The notes beneath the pieces were generated by a model. That model saw only the letters and a list, made by a program, of their open reading frames with translations, had not been told where the DNA came from and ran no database searches. This document shows positions 40,329 through 49,657 of a stretch of DNA of 64,000 nucleotides, in pieces. This stretch comes from Verrucomicrobiales bacterium. Its GTDB lineage: Bacteria; Verrucomicrobiota; Verrucomicrobiia; Limisphaerales; JAYPEY01. The stretch's first letter is position 1, and every line of letters starts with the position of its first letter. The position numbers were made by a program, and so were the translations under genes. The DNA lies in NCBI GenBank assembly GCA_038126235.1, contig JAYPFK010000034.1, positions 17,906 to 81,905 on the forward strand. Reading direction: 5' to 3'.

Positions 40329-41444
40329 ATGAAGATCCGCTGCGTTCACTGCAATCAGAAGCTCAACGTCGAGGACGACTTGGCCGGCTCGGAGATCCAC
40401 TGTCCGTCCTGCAACCGCAAACTACAGATCCCGGATGCCTTCGAAGAAGAGGAGGGCGGGGAGGTTAGCGAAGAGGAAGCCGCGTCGCGGAGGCCCAAGC
40501 TGCGGAGCGCCGCCTTGCGCGGCGGGGGCAAGGCGGAGTTCACCAATGTCAGCGCCTTGTGGTCAGGATTGATCGCCCTGGGGATCACCGTGGTCTTCTA
40601 CCTTGGCGTTTTTGTGATCAAGGACACCTACTTTGGGGGCCTGTTCGCAAAGCGTGGAGCCATCCCCTACGCGGAGACGCTCCTGATGTTCTGGTCGGCC
40701 GTCATCCTTTTCTGGAAATGGCGCAAGCTGCAGAAGCAGCAGCGCGGCATGCATTTCGACCTGCTGCCCGACGAAATCTCCCCGAAGATCACGAGCGGGA
40801 ATGTCGACCAGTTCCTCGACCGCGTCACGGAACTGCCGGTGCGTCCGACCGAGAGTTTCCTGATCATGCGGGTGTTGCGGGTGCTGGAGCATTTTCGCGC
40901 GCGCAACAACAACAGCGAGGCCGCGGGGTTGCTGGCCACGCAGTCGGACATCGACGCCAACGCCGTCGCCTCCAGCTACAGCCTGGTCAAGGTGTTCATC
41001 TGGGCGATCCCGATCCTGGGGTTCATCGGCACGGTCTACGGCCTGGGCAATGCCGTGGGCGGTTTCGCCGGGAGCATCGACGCGGCGAACGACATCAGCG
41101 TGGTGAAGGATTCCCTGACAAGCATCACCGGCGGTTTGGCGACGGCGTTTGACACCACCTTCGTCGCCCTGATCATGAGCCTCCTGCTGATGATTCCGAT
41201 GAGCACGCTGCAGAAGGGCGAGGATGAACTGCTGAATTCCATCGATGAATACTGCAACGAATACGTGCTGCGCCGGTTGAGCGATTCCACCGGACTGACG
41301 CTGGACGAGCAGCAGGCGGGTGTGGATGTTTCCGCCGCCCTGCTGAAGCAGTTGGACAGCATCGAACGCACGCTGGCCCAGTTGAACGGCACCCTGGCCG
41401 CATTGGGTTCGGCCGCTTCCGGAGACGGTCATGGCCAGGCGTAG
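40329..41444 (+). CDS. MotA/TolQ/ExbB-family proton channel with an N-terminal 4-Cys zinc ribbon
   Basis: Zinc ribbon 'CVHCNQKL...CPSCNRKL'. Three TM helices, including 'IWAIPILGFIGTVYGL' and 'GGLATAFDTTFVALIMSLLLMIP'. Confidence 0.8.
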   Translation: MKIRCVHCNQKLNVEDDLAGSEIHCPSCNRKLQIPDAFEEEEGGEVSEEEAASRRPKLRSAALRGGGKAEFTNVSALWSGLIALGITVVFYLGVFVIKDTYFGGLFAKRGAIPYAETLLMFWSAVILFWKWRKLQKQQRGMHFDLLPDEISPKITSGNVDQFLDRVTELPVRPTESFLIMRVLRVLEHFRARNNNSEAAGLLATQSDIDANAVASSYSLVKVFIWAIPILGFIGTVYGLGNAVGGFAGSIDAANDISVVKDSLTSITGGLATAFDTTFVALIMSLLLMIPMSTLQKGEDELLNSIDEYCNEYVLRRLSDSTGLTLDEQQAGVDVSAALLKQLDSIERTLAQLNGTLAALGSAASGDGHGQA

Positions 41445-42228
41445 GAAAGGCGACGAGGAAACGATTTCGCTGTTTCCTTTTCTCAGCATCCTCACCTGCG
41501 TCATCGGGATCCTGACGATGATGATCGCCGGCCTGGTGCTGGCGCAGGTCAGCAACTCGGTCGACCGTAACGACGCCGAGGCGGTCAAGCAGGCGGAGGC
41601 GAGGCAGAATCGTCTGGAGGCGGCGAAGAAGGAGGCGGAGGCCCGGGAGAAGGAGCTGGCGGAACTGCGCAAGCAGGTCGCCGCCGCGAAGGCCTTGGAG
41701 AAGGACCCCGCAAAGCTTGCGGAGTTGAAGCGCCGCCGCGCCGCGAGTGAGCGGGATCCGGCGGAGGTGAAGGCCGCCGAACAAGTCCTCGCCCAGGTGG
41801 ACGACCTGAAGAAGGAGATTCCGGAGATCGACGCGGACATCCGCCTGATGGAGGAATCTGTCCAGGATCTGACCGTGGAGTTGCAGAAGATGCGGGATCC
41901 CCAGCCGGCCAACAAGATCATCTCCGGCGGCACCGGGCGGTTCCTGAAGCCCACCTTCATCGAGTGTGGAACGAACCATGTCGTGCTGTTTCACGCGGCG
42001 GAGCCGGTCAAGGTGGAGACGAAGGAACTGGCGAAGAGCGAGGCGTTTCAGGGGATCGTGAAGCGGGTCGCCGCCGAGGAACAGTCGACCATCGTATTCC
42101 TGGTGCGACAGGATGGGGCGGACGCCTTCTACGCAGCGCGTCGGTTGGCGGACGCGGAGGGGGCCCGCAACGGCAAGCTTCCCCTGGTGGGCAGCGGCGA
42201 CGTCGATCTGAGCTTCTTCAACAAATGA
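41431..42228 (+). CDS. ExbD/TolR-like (or TolA-like) membrane-anchored protein with an A/K/E-rich coiled coil and a C-terminal globular domain
   Basis: The N-terminal TM 'FPFLSILTCVIGILTMMIAG' is ExbD/TolR-like. It overlaps the upstream stop. The C-terminal domain is paralogous to that of the next gene. Confidence 0.55.
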   Translation: MARRRKGDEETISLFPFLSILTCVIGILTMMIAGLVLAQVSNSVDRNDAEAVKQAEARQNRLEAAKKEAEAREKELAELRKQVAAAKALEKDPAKLAELKRRRAASERDPAEVKAAEQVLAQVDDLKKEIPEIDADIRLMEESVQDLTVELQKMRDPQPANKIISGGTGRFLKPTFIECGTNHVVLFHAAEPVKVETKELAKSEAFQGIVKRVAAEEQSTIVFLVRQDGADAFYAARRLADAEGARNGKLPLVGSGDVDLSFFNK

Positions 42229-42237
42229 CCCCGGGCC

Positions 42238-43347
42238 ATGCGCAGACGCGGAAACAGTGAAGTCGGTTTGAACCTGGACAGCCTGCTGGACACGCTGACC
42301 AACGTGATCGGCTTCCTGCTGATCATGCTGGTGTTGATGCGCCTGGGCGTTAGTCAGGCCGTGGAGCGCATTCGGGAGCTTGATCCCATGGCCTTCGCGA
42401 TCACCGAAGCCGAGGTCGAGCAGGCCGAAGAACAAGCCAAAGCGCGGACGGAGGAGTTGGCGGAACTCAAGCAAGACGCCGAAGACCTGGCGGAGGAACT
42501 GGCGTTGCTCGAGGATCCGGCCAAGGATGCGCCCCAGGTGATGCCGCTCGATCAGGCGAAAAAGCTGCTGGCGGACCTGAAGAGCAAGAAGGACGAGCTC
42601 GACAAGCAGGAGAAGATCAAGCAGGCCGAAGTCGCGCGATTGAAGGAGCGGATGGGACGGACGCCGCGGGCCGCCGCGCCGGCCCCGCACGAGATTCGCA
42701 TGCCGGACCCTCGCGCCGCGCCTCCCGGGACGACCGCGATGTGGGTCATGTGCAAGGACAACCGGGCGGTGATGCTCGATGTCGATGCCGCGCGCGCGGC
42801 GATCAAGAAGGAAATGAAGGACCCGCGCACCCGGCAGTCGTTGATGTATCGGGCCATGGTCGGCGGCGGTCCCGCGCAGCCCGGGCAGAGCGTTGATGGC
42901 AGCGCCTACGATCCCGACAAGGTGATGGCCTGGTTTCGCCGCAACCCGGTAAAGACCCGCGATTATGCCGTTGCCGTGAAGACTTTCGACAACCGCCCCT
43001 ACGCCAACATGGAGTTCGCGATGCTCAAGGATGGCGGCGAGGACATCAACCGGATGAAGCGGGACACTTCCAAGTTCCGGCGCGCGTTGAAGCTGGCGGA
43101 GGAGAAGAAGAACTACGTTCGCTTCCTGGTCTACCCGGACAGCTTTGAGGCCTATCTGACCGCGCGGTCGCTGACGGACGAGGCCGGCGTCGCGGCCGGT
43201 TGGGAAATCATTCGCAGTGATACCTGGCAGACGGGTTTGGGAGGCGATATCAAGATCTTCCAGAAAAAGAAGCCGCCGCCGCGTCCCAAGACCGCCTCGA
43301 AACCCGATCCCAAGAAGAAGACCCCTCCGCCGCGGGTGATCGATTGA
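42238..43347 (+). CDS. ExbD/TolR-like membrane-anchored protein with a coiled coil, a large C-terminal domain and a Pro/Lys-rich tail
   Basis: N-terminal 'LDSLLDTLTNVIGFLLIMLVLM' matches the ExbD/TolR TM signature. Acidic coiled coil. Tail 'KKKPPPRPKTASKPDPKKKTPPPR'. Confidence 0.6.
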   Translation: MRRRGNSEVGLNLDSLLDTLTNVIGFLLIMLVLMRLGVSQAVERIRELDPMAFAITEAEVEQAEEQAKARTEELAELKQDAEDLAEELALLEDPAKDAPQVMPLDQAKKLLADLKSKKDELDKQEKIKQAEVARLKERMGRTPRAAAPAPHEIRMPDPRAAPPGTTAMWVMCKDNRAVMLDVDAARAAIKKEMKDPRTRQSLMYRAMVGGGPAQPGQSVDGSAYDPDKVMAWFRRNPVKTRDYAVAVKTFDNRPYANMEFAMLKDGGEDINRMKRDTSKFRRALKLAEEKKNYVRFLVYPDSFEAYLTARSLTDEAGVAAGWEIIRSDTWQTGLGGDIKIFQKKKPPPRPKTASKPDPKKKTPPPRVID

Positions 43348-43991
43348 CGATTGCGGCAATTCCACCCCAGGGGATGAAATTGCGGCGTTTCTTGCCAATC
43401 TTGGAGCCAAATCCGAGTGACTGCGCGGCAAGATTCGTCAGGACCGCGTTGGAGAAGGGGGGGAGATTTTCCAGTATGAGCTTTCCAGTGGAAGCGCTGA
43501 CATCGGGCGGCGCCGCGTTGTGCGTGAAGAACCTCGCCGGGATGGTCCTTTATCAGAATGACGCCTGCCGGGATTTGTGCGGGGAGCAGGTCTGCGCAGT
43601 CTGCGAGAAGAATTGCATGCAGTTGTATCGTCGGCAGCCGGAGGCTCCGCGACGAGAGGAAGGGACGCAGTATTTTCCGAATCAGAAGATCGAGGATCGT
43701 TCCTTCGATGTCATCCTGATCAACAACGGCAGTTACCTGAACACGATCCTCTATCCCTTGGAGAGAAAGCGTCGCGCCGACGTGGATTATCTCGCGCGCT
43801 GGGGGCTTTCCAGGCGCGAAAAGGAAATCGCCCTGCTGGCGATCGAGGGCCTGACCAACGAACAAATTGCGAAGCGGCTGTTTGTCTGTCTCGCAACGGT
43901 CAAGACCCACTTGAACAACATCTACAAGAAGTTGCCCGAGCATCAGTTGGCCAGTTGGCGGGATGGGGGCTCTCAAGCGCCGGAGTCTTGA
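43344..43991 (+). CDS. LuxR-family transcriptional regulator with a Cys-rich N-terminal sensor-like domain
   Basis: C-terminal HTH 'LSRREKEIALLAIEGLTNEQIAKRLFVCLATVKTHLNNIYKKL'. N-terminal 'CRDLCGEQVCAVCEKNC'. The start overlaps the upstream stop; an alternative start lies at 43476. Confidence 0.75.
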   Translation: MTIAAIPPQGMKLRRFLPILEPNPSDCAARFVRTALEKGGRFSSMSFPVEALTSGGAALCVKNLAGMVLYQNDACRDLCGEQVCAVCEKNCMQLYRRQPEAPRREEGTQYFPNQKIEDRSFDVILINNGSYLNTILYPLERKRRADVDYLARWGLSRREKEIALLAIEGLTNEQIAKRLFVCLATVKTHLNNIYKKLPEHQLASWRDGGSQAPES

Positions 43992-44121
43992 GCGGAGAGG
44001 GGGTGGGCGAGTGGAGGACTGACAACCAAGCCGCGTGTTGCCGGCGGTCTGTGAGGGGCGTCACTGAAGGCATTGAAGTGGGACGCCTGCGGCGAGGCGT
44101 CCCTACCTTGGGAAGGTAGAT

Positions 44122-44442
44122 GTAGACGACGCCAAAGCCTCCCTCGCCAATTTCCTGCAGGAGCTTGTAGTTGCCGATGATCGAGCCCGCGGGTTCGTGG
44201 GATGGAGGGGAAAAGGCGGTGTTCAGCAGGCTTGAGGCGGAAGCCGGTTGCCGGGTGGCCATGAAGCGGTTGGCATCGGCAAAGGCCGCTACCAGATCCT
44301 CGACGCGCCTGAGAAGATCGGCGTCCCCGGCGCACTCCCGTTTGATGAAGGCTGCGCGCGCTTCTTCATCCTGAATCTCCAACGCCGCGTCGAAGATTTC
44401 ACGCTGTGATTTCTCTGGTTCTCGCACCGGGTGAAACACCAA
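44122..44442 (-). pseudogene. Truncated Ser/Thr protein kinase remnant: N-terminal region through the Gly-rich loop only
   Basis: 'IIGNYKLLQEIGEGGFGVVY' is a kinase subdomain I Gly loop. The frame decays immediately after it, with no VAIK, HRD or DFG motifs. The remnant abuts the 3' end of luxR. Confidence 0.6.
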
Positions 44443-44557
44443 AGTTGCCGTCGGTCCCGACGGGCGAAGAGAGTGACCGCAACGTCCCTTGCATCACAAA
44501 CACAAAAAAGCCCCTTTCCGGACGGTGCGGAAGGGGGCTTGTAAGGGAGCAAGTTCC

Positions 44558-45583
44558 TTATTTCAGGATCGACTTGCCGACGCCGTTGAGGTCGCGCACC
44601 GCTTCGATGACGCGGTTCTTCATGTTCTCGCGACCTTGGGCCAGGTACTTGCGCGGGTCGAAGCGTTTCTTGTCCGCGACGATCTCGTCGGTGTGGAAGA
44701 GGACGCCCTGGTGTTCGATCATGTGCTTGGCCACGGGTTCGGTGAAGGCGTATTGGGTGTCGGTGTCGACGTTCATCTTGATGACGCCGTAGTCGAGGGT
44801 CTCGTGGATCTTCTCCTTCTCGGAGCCGGAGCCGCCGTGAAAGACGAGGAAGAGGGGGTTGTCCTCGGTGTTGTGCTTCTCCTGCACGGCCGTCTGGCCG
44901 TTCTTGAGGATCTCGGGGGTGAGCTTGACGTTGCCGGGCTTGTAGACGCCGTGGACGTTGCCGAAGGTGGCCGCCAGCATGTAGGTCCCCAGCGGCTCCA
45001 GGGCCTCGTAGGTGGCCAGCATGTCGCCCGGGGTGGTATAGAGTTTCTCCTTGGCCACGCCGGAGGTGTCATGGCCGTCCTCCTCGCCGCCGACCACGCC
45101 GATCTCGACCTCGAGGATCATGTTCAGCTCGGCCAGTTCCTTCATGTACTTCTTGGAGACCTCGAGGTTCTCGGCCAGGTCGAGTTCCGAGCCGTCGAAC
45201 ATGTGGCTGTTGAAGAGCGGCTTCTGCCCGGCCTGGACCCGCTTGCGGCTGATGTCGATCAGCGGATCCATGAAGGGCGCGAGATTCTTCGGATGGCAGT
45301 GATCGGTGTGAAGGGCGATCAGGATGTTGTATTTGTCCGCGAGCTTGTGGGCGGCCTCGGCCAGGATCTCGGAGCCGAGGACCATGTCCTTGAGGCCGCC
45401 GGAGGCGTGCTGTCCCGCGCCGGTGGAGGCCTGGATGATGCCGTCGCTTTCGGCTTCGGCGAAGGCCTCGATGGAGGCGGCGAGGGTCTCGAGATTGCTG
45501 ACGTTGATGGCCGGGTAGGCGTATTTGCCCGCGCGGGCGGAGGTCAGCATCTGCTTGTACTGGTCAAAATCGGCGATTGGCAT
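44558..45583 (-). CDS. fbaA: Fructose-bisphosphate aldolase, class II
   Basis: 'HTDHC', 'HGGSGS', and metal-binding His residues are present. 341 aa. Confidence 0.95.
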   Translation of the reverse strand: MPIADFDQYKQMLTSARAGKYAYPAINVSNLETLAASIEAFAEAESDGIIQASTGAGQHASGGLKDMVLGSEILAEAAHKLADKYNILIALHTDHCHPKNLAPFMDPLIDISRKRVQAGQKPLFNSHMFDGSELDLAENLEVSKKYMKELAELNMILEVEIGVVGGEEDGHDTSGVAKEKLYTTPGDMLATYEALEPLGTYMLAATFGNVHGVYKPGNVKLTPEILKNGQTAVQEKHNTEDNPLFLVFHGGSGSEKEKIHETLDYGVIKMNVDTDTQYAFTEPVAKHMIEHQGVLFHTDEIVADKKRFDPRKYLAQGRENMKNRVIEAVRDLNGVGKSILK

Positions 45584-45907
45584 GGCTTTGTCTGTGGTTC
45601 TCTGGTTGTCGAAATTCCTGTTTGGCGACCCGTTTTGCGGGGCAAACGAGCGCGCAGATTAAAGTTTCGCGTGGGAATGGCAAGCCGGGTTTGTGCGCAT
45701 TTGCACCTTGGATTGCCACGACGATGGCGACCCGGGGTAATGACAGGGATGAGCCGGGCAGGGAGAGGCTTGGATTTGGGGCCGAGGCAAGGGCAGACCG
45801 GTCTCGCAAGCCGGGGAAGGGCTGGAGCGGGGGGATTCATGAATTTGGAGATCCTCCCGGAACGCTGCCATGAGGACGGCGAGGGGAGGCTCGCATCCCG
45901 GAGCTGA

Positions 45908-46963
45908 TTGCGGAACACTGCCGCGCGTATGACGAATCTGGATGAGTATTTCCCCAAGCGGGTCAACACAGGCCGATTTCTTCCGGGCTACACGTTCGAC
46001 GAACTGGAGCGTCGCATTGCGGACGAGGAGATGGCGCTGCCAATCTGCTCGCTGGGAGTGAAGGCCGAGCAACTGGCGTTTCTCGCTCCGTTGACCCTGC
46101 CGCCGCTCTATCTGGAGGCCATGGACGACGATCTGCGGGAGAGCATCGTCAACCGCATCCTGCTGACATTCCCCTATTATGGAGGGACGAGGAAGCGGGC
46201 GTCGTTCGGGGGACGGTTCTCGATTCGCGAATGCCGGCCGCAGAAGGTCGAATCGCCGGGCTCGCCGAAGATCCTGGCATTCAGTGTGGACACCGCCGTG
46301 GAGGAACATGGGCCGCACCTGCCGTTGGGCACGGACACCCTGCAAAGCTACGCCGTGCTGAACCGGTTGGCCGCCGAGACCGACGGTTTGCTGGTGGGGC
46401 CGCCCGTGGAATACGGCCAGCTCACCTGGGGGCTTCCTTTCGGCTTGAGCGTGGACCTCACCGCGCCTTTGTTGACCCGATACGTGCGGGGCTTTGTGAA
46501 TGCGGTGATGAAATGGATCAAGCCGGCCGCGCTATACGTCGTCGATGTGCATGGCTCAATCGTGCATCGCAATGCGATTCAGGAAGGACTTCGCCTCAGC
46601 GACTGCGGGCATTGGGCGTTTCGCTGGTTGCACGAACCCCTGGTGGAATTCGCTGGCGAGCGGGGGGACCAGCATGCCGGCGGAGTCGAGACCGCGTTGA
46701 TAAATCACATCAACCCGGAACTTGTCGATCGCCGCTGGTGGCCGGACAAGGTGGACGAACTGGCCGGCGGTCAGCTGCCGCTGGAGGCCGCGGTCGAATT
46801 GGCCGGTGACTTGTTCCGGTTCATCGACGAAGTGGAGGCCAACCCCTTGAACGGCATTGTCGGCGACGTGCGCAATTTCTTTGAATTGGACGCGGCGCTC
46901 TTGTTTGAGCGGATGATGGAGACAGCAAGGGCCGATGTGAAGGCCTTGACGGCAAAGCTGTAA
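45908..46963 (+). CDS. Creatininase-family amidohydrolase with an N-terminal extension
   Basis: 'EEHGPHLPLGTD' and 'HAGGVETAL' match the creatininase family. Confidence 0.7.
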   Translation: MRNTAARMTNLDEYFPKRVNTGRFLPGYTFDELERRIADEEMALPICSLGVKAEQLAFLAPLTLPPLYLEAMDDDLRESIVNRILLTFPYYGGTRKRASFGGRFSIRECRPQKVESPGSPKILAFSVDTAVEEHGPHLPLGTDTLQSYAVLNRLAAETDGLLVGPPVEYGQLTWGLPFGLSVDLTAPLLTRYVRGFVNAVMKWIKPAALYVVDVHGSIVHRNAIQEGLRLSDCGHWAFRWLHEPLVEFAGERGDQHAGGVETALINHINPELVDRRWWPDKVDELAGGQLPLEAAVELAGDLFRFIDEVEANPLNGIVGDVRNFFELDAALLFERMMETARADVKALTAKL

Positions 46964-47053
46964 GCCTGATCCGGAAATGCCTCGCCTCCGTCCCGTTGCC
47001 GGAATCCATCCCCGGGGTGGAGAACCCGGGCAAAATTGAGCGGGCTCCAGTGG

Positions 47054-47341
47054 CTAGCTGAGATATTTGATCTCGACCAGTTGGGGCGCGTCGATGCCGA
47101 GCCGGGAGGGCAATGAGGCGTAGGCGATGCCGACGATGAACAAGACGACCAAAGGAGCCGCAATCATCCAATTTGTGGACAGCATGGCCACGACAATTGT
47201 CATATCGGGCGGAGGCGGAACAATTTCGAGATTCGTCAGGCGCTCGGGGCTGTAAAGCAGCGCCGCGCTTTTTTGAAGTGCGATTCCCAGCAAAATGGGG
47301 ATCGCCATCAAGGCCAAGCCGATCTTCTGGTGGAGCTTCAT
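47054..47341 (-). CDS. Small two-TM membrane protein; hypothetical
   Basis: 95 aa with two hydrophobic helices. Confidence 0.4.
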   Translation of the reverse strand: MKLHQKIGLALMAIPILLGIALQKSAALLYSPERLTNLEIVPPPPDMTIVVAMLSTNWMIAAPLVVLFIVGIAYASLPSRLGIDAPQLVEIKYLS

Positions 47342-47949
47342 AACGGCAAAATAAGCGCCATTAATGGCAATTCAAGATTTTCTTGGGAAAGTTTTGCGCT
47401 TGGACGGAATTTGTCCAAGCGGGTTGGTTTGAATGGGCGCATGAAATCAACCAGTCAATGCACACCCAAGCAGCTCAAACAGTATCTGGCGGCCCGGTTC
47501 GGGCGGATCCGTCTCCTGCGGGACCGATCAGGCATCGGAGTCCTCGCGGACTGCGACAAGCCAACCCCCACCGAGGTCAAGGAGTGGATCGCGATGTTCG
47601 GCGACGATATCGTGCTGGGGCCGCCGAAACGCGCTGCGGGCCATTGATTCAGTCCCCTTGCAACGATCGTTCGATGAACCGGATGCGTGGTGAACCAGCC
47701 GGCTGGTCGGCGTCGGGGAAAAGCAAGCCCCGGCGGGCGATTACAGCGCGCCCGCCAGGACTTGCAACTCGTGATCGGACTTCGGGGGTATGAAGATCGA
47801 CGCCCGACCGGAACTATGAGCGACATGCGCGGGGGCAGATTCCGTGCCAAGCGTGTTCGATGGCCGCGTCAAATTTTTGGGGGTGCTTGAGGGCGCGGGG
47901 GAGAACGTGAAGGACGACCGCGCTCTGAAGTGGGTGTTCCCCGGGCGAA

Positions 47950-48894
47950 TCAGCGGGGAATCGTGGTATAAGGCCCCTGTTCGGTGAAGCGGAACTGATT
48001 ATTGAAGCGGAATCCAGAGGCAGGGGCAGGTTGAGGGGGCGGACAGGCTGTCGCAATTGACAAGGGGCCGAGCGTGGCCTGAAACCGTGGAATCGTCGGC
48101 CGCCACCATGCTGAGGAACTGTAATATGACGGGGAGGAATACCCGTAGACCGGCTGAGCGGTCCAGACAGTGGACGGATATGGGTAGATTGGCGTGGTAG
48201 TCGGCTGCTGGATGGTGATGTGGGTGGTTTGTGTTGCCGGGCCGCTGGCCGCCTCGGGTTGCTGGAGGGGCTGTCGTTGCGCGGCCTCGGCTGCCGCGCG
48301 CAACCTTGTTTCCTGGCGTCTGGCCGCTGCTTCCGCCAAGGCCCGGCGGTTCGCGCGGTCCCGCGCATCTTCGGCGAGAGCCTCGTCGAGGTTGATTCCG
48401 AGGTGTCCGAGAACTCCCGGATGAACGCTTTCGATATCGACGGCGAACGGGCGGTTGTCGGCGTCGCGGAAGGCAAGCCGCCGGCCGTAGAGCGCGCGGA
48501 ATTTCACGTTGGCGGCGAGGGGCTTCCGGTCGGGCCCGGGGAGAAGGGCGAACACGCGCGCCGGGCTGCCTGGCACGGCTGTCGGGGCGTCGATTTCGGC
48601 CATGAAGCGGGCCATGTCATCGTCGCTGATGCGAGGCGGGGCGGGGGCTGGGGGAGAAGCGGGGCGGATGGCTTCGTCGAGTCGCGCGGTGGTTTCCTTC
48701 AGTTCCTCGTTGAGTCGGCGGATTTCGAGCTTCAACTCGTCGATCGCCTGTCCTGAATCCGGGAGGGGAAGGCTTTCTTGGGCGAATGTTCCGGAATCCG
48801 GGGGGGAGAGAGCCTCGAAAGAACGATGCGCCGCGAAGGCGATGACGCTCATGGCGGCAATTGCGGCGGGAAGGGTCATCTTGGCTTGGCTCAT
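47950..48894 (-). CDS. Secreted coiled-coil protein with a Tyr/Ser/Pro/Thr-rich low-complexity C-terminus; hypothetical
   Basis: Signal peptide 'MTLPAAIAAMSVIAFAAHRS', coiled coil 'IDELKLEIRRLNEELKETTARLDEA', and tail 'YPYPSTVWTAQPVYGYSSPSYYSSSAWW'. Confidence 0.5.
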   Translation of the reverse strand: MSQAKMTLPAAIAAMSVIAFAAHRSFEALSPPDSGTFAQESLPLPDSGQAIDELKLEIRRLNEELKETTARLDEAIRPASPPAPAPPRISDDDMARFMAEIDAPTAVPGSPARVFALLPGPDRKPLAANVKFRALYGRRLAFRDADNRPFAVDIESVHPGVLGHLGINLDEALAEDARDRANRRALAEAAARRQETRLRAAAEAAQRQPLQQPEAASGPATQTTHITIQQPTTTPIYPYPSTVWTAQPVYGYSSPSYYSSSAWWRPTIPRFQATLGPLSIATACPPPQPAPASGFRFNNQFRFTEQGPYTTIPR

Positions 48895-49074
48895 GGCGAT
48901 CTTGAATCGAGGGTGAGACGACGCCGGATGGGCGGTTCATTCAGTCAACCTCGGAATCAGAGTCTGTCAAGCGGCGGTTTCCGTGAACGCGGCCGGTGTT
49001 GAATCGGGGCGAAACCTTGTAATCGCGTGTTGTTGGTGAAACCGTATCTTTCCACTTCAAAACGGATACACAAC

Positions 49075-49479
49075 ATGAACGCTCCAACGAAAGACACCCA
49101 CAGCAAACTGATCGGCTACATCGTCTGGATCTTCGGGTTCTTTGGGGCTCACCGATTCTACTTTGGCAAGGTCAAGACAGGCGTGCTCTGGTTTTTTACA
49201 TTGGGGCTGCTCGGCATTGGCTGGCTGGTCGACCTCTTCCTCATTCCGTCCATGGACAGGGAGGCGGATCGGCGGTTCGCCTCGGGACCGAATGACTATA
49301 CGGTCGCGTGGATTCTGCTGGCGTTCCTCGGGGTGTTTGGCGCGCATCGGTTCTACCTGGGAAAATGGATTTCCGGGCTCATTTACTTCTTTTCGGCCGG
49401 CCTCTTCGGCATTGGGTGGCTTTATGACCTCTGCACCTTGAACGATCAGGTGGATGAGCTGAATCGGGGCGGGGCGTAA
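49075..49479 (+). CDS. TM2-domain protein
   Basis: Two TM2 repeats: 'GAHRFYFGK' and 'GAHRFYLGK'. Confidence 0.75.
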   Translation: MNAPTKDTHSKLIGYIVWIFGFFGAHRFYFGKVKTGVLWFFTLGLLGIGWLVDLFLIPSMDREADRRFASGPNDYTVAWILLAFLGVFGAHRFYLGKWISGLIYFFSAGLFGIGWLYDLCTLNDQVDELNRGGA

Positions 49480-49657
49480 GTGAATTCCGGCGGACGGCGA
49501 GGCGGTTTCATACGATATCGTACGGGGCCGTATGCTCGTCCCCGATTCAGTCCCGGAGTCGGGGCCGAAGAGCGGGATGGTTCACCGTTGAAAGGGACGT
49601 GTTCTTCCTTCTTTCCGCTTGCTCTTTCGGGGCGGATTCGGCTTGTTCTCCCGCCTT

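Noticed and set aside
38561-43431. Minus-strand ORFs of 518, 465 and 752 aa (38561-40117, 40563-41960, 41173-43431)
   Set aside because: They are antisense to the spermidine-synthase fusion and to the ExbB-like and ExbD-like genes, which have clear family signatures and correct codon bias on the plus strand.
47273-47647. 124-aa plus ORF, possibly a 68-aa protein from the ATG at 47441
   Set aside because: It has no motif support and weak coding signal. The stretch may simply be intergenic sequence upstream of the 47054-47341 membrane-protein gene.
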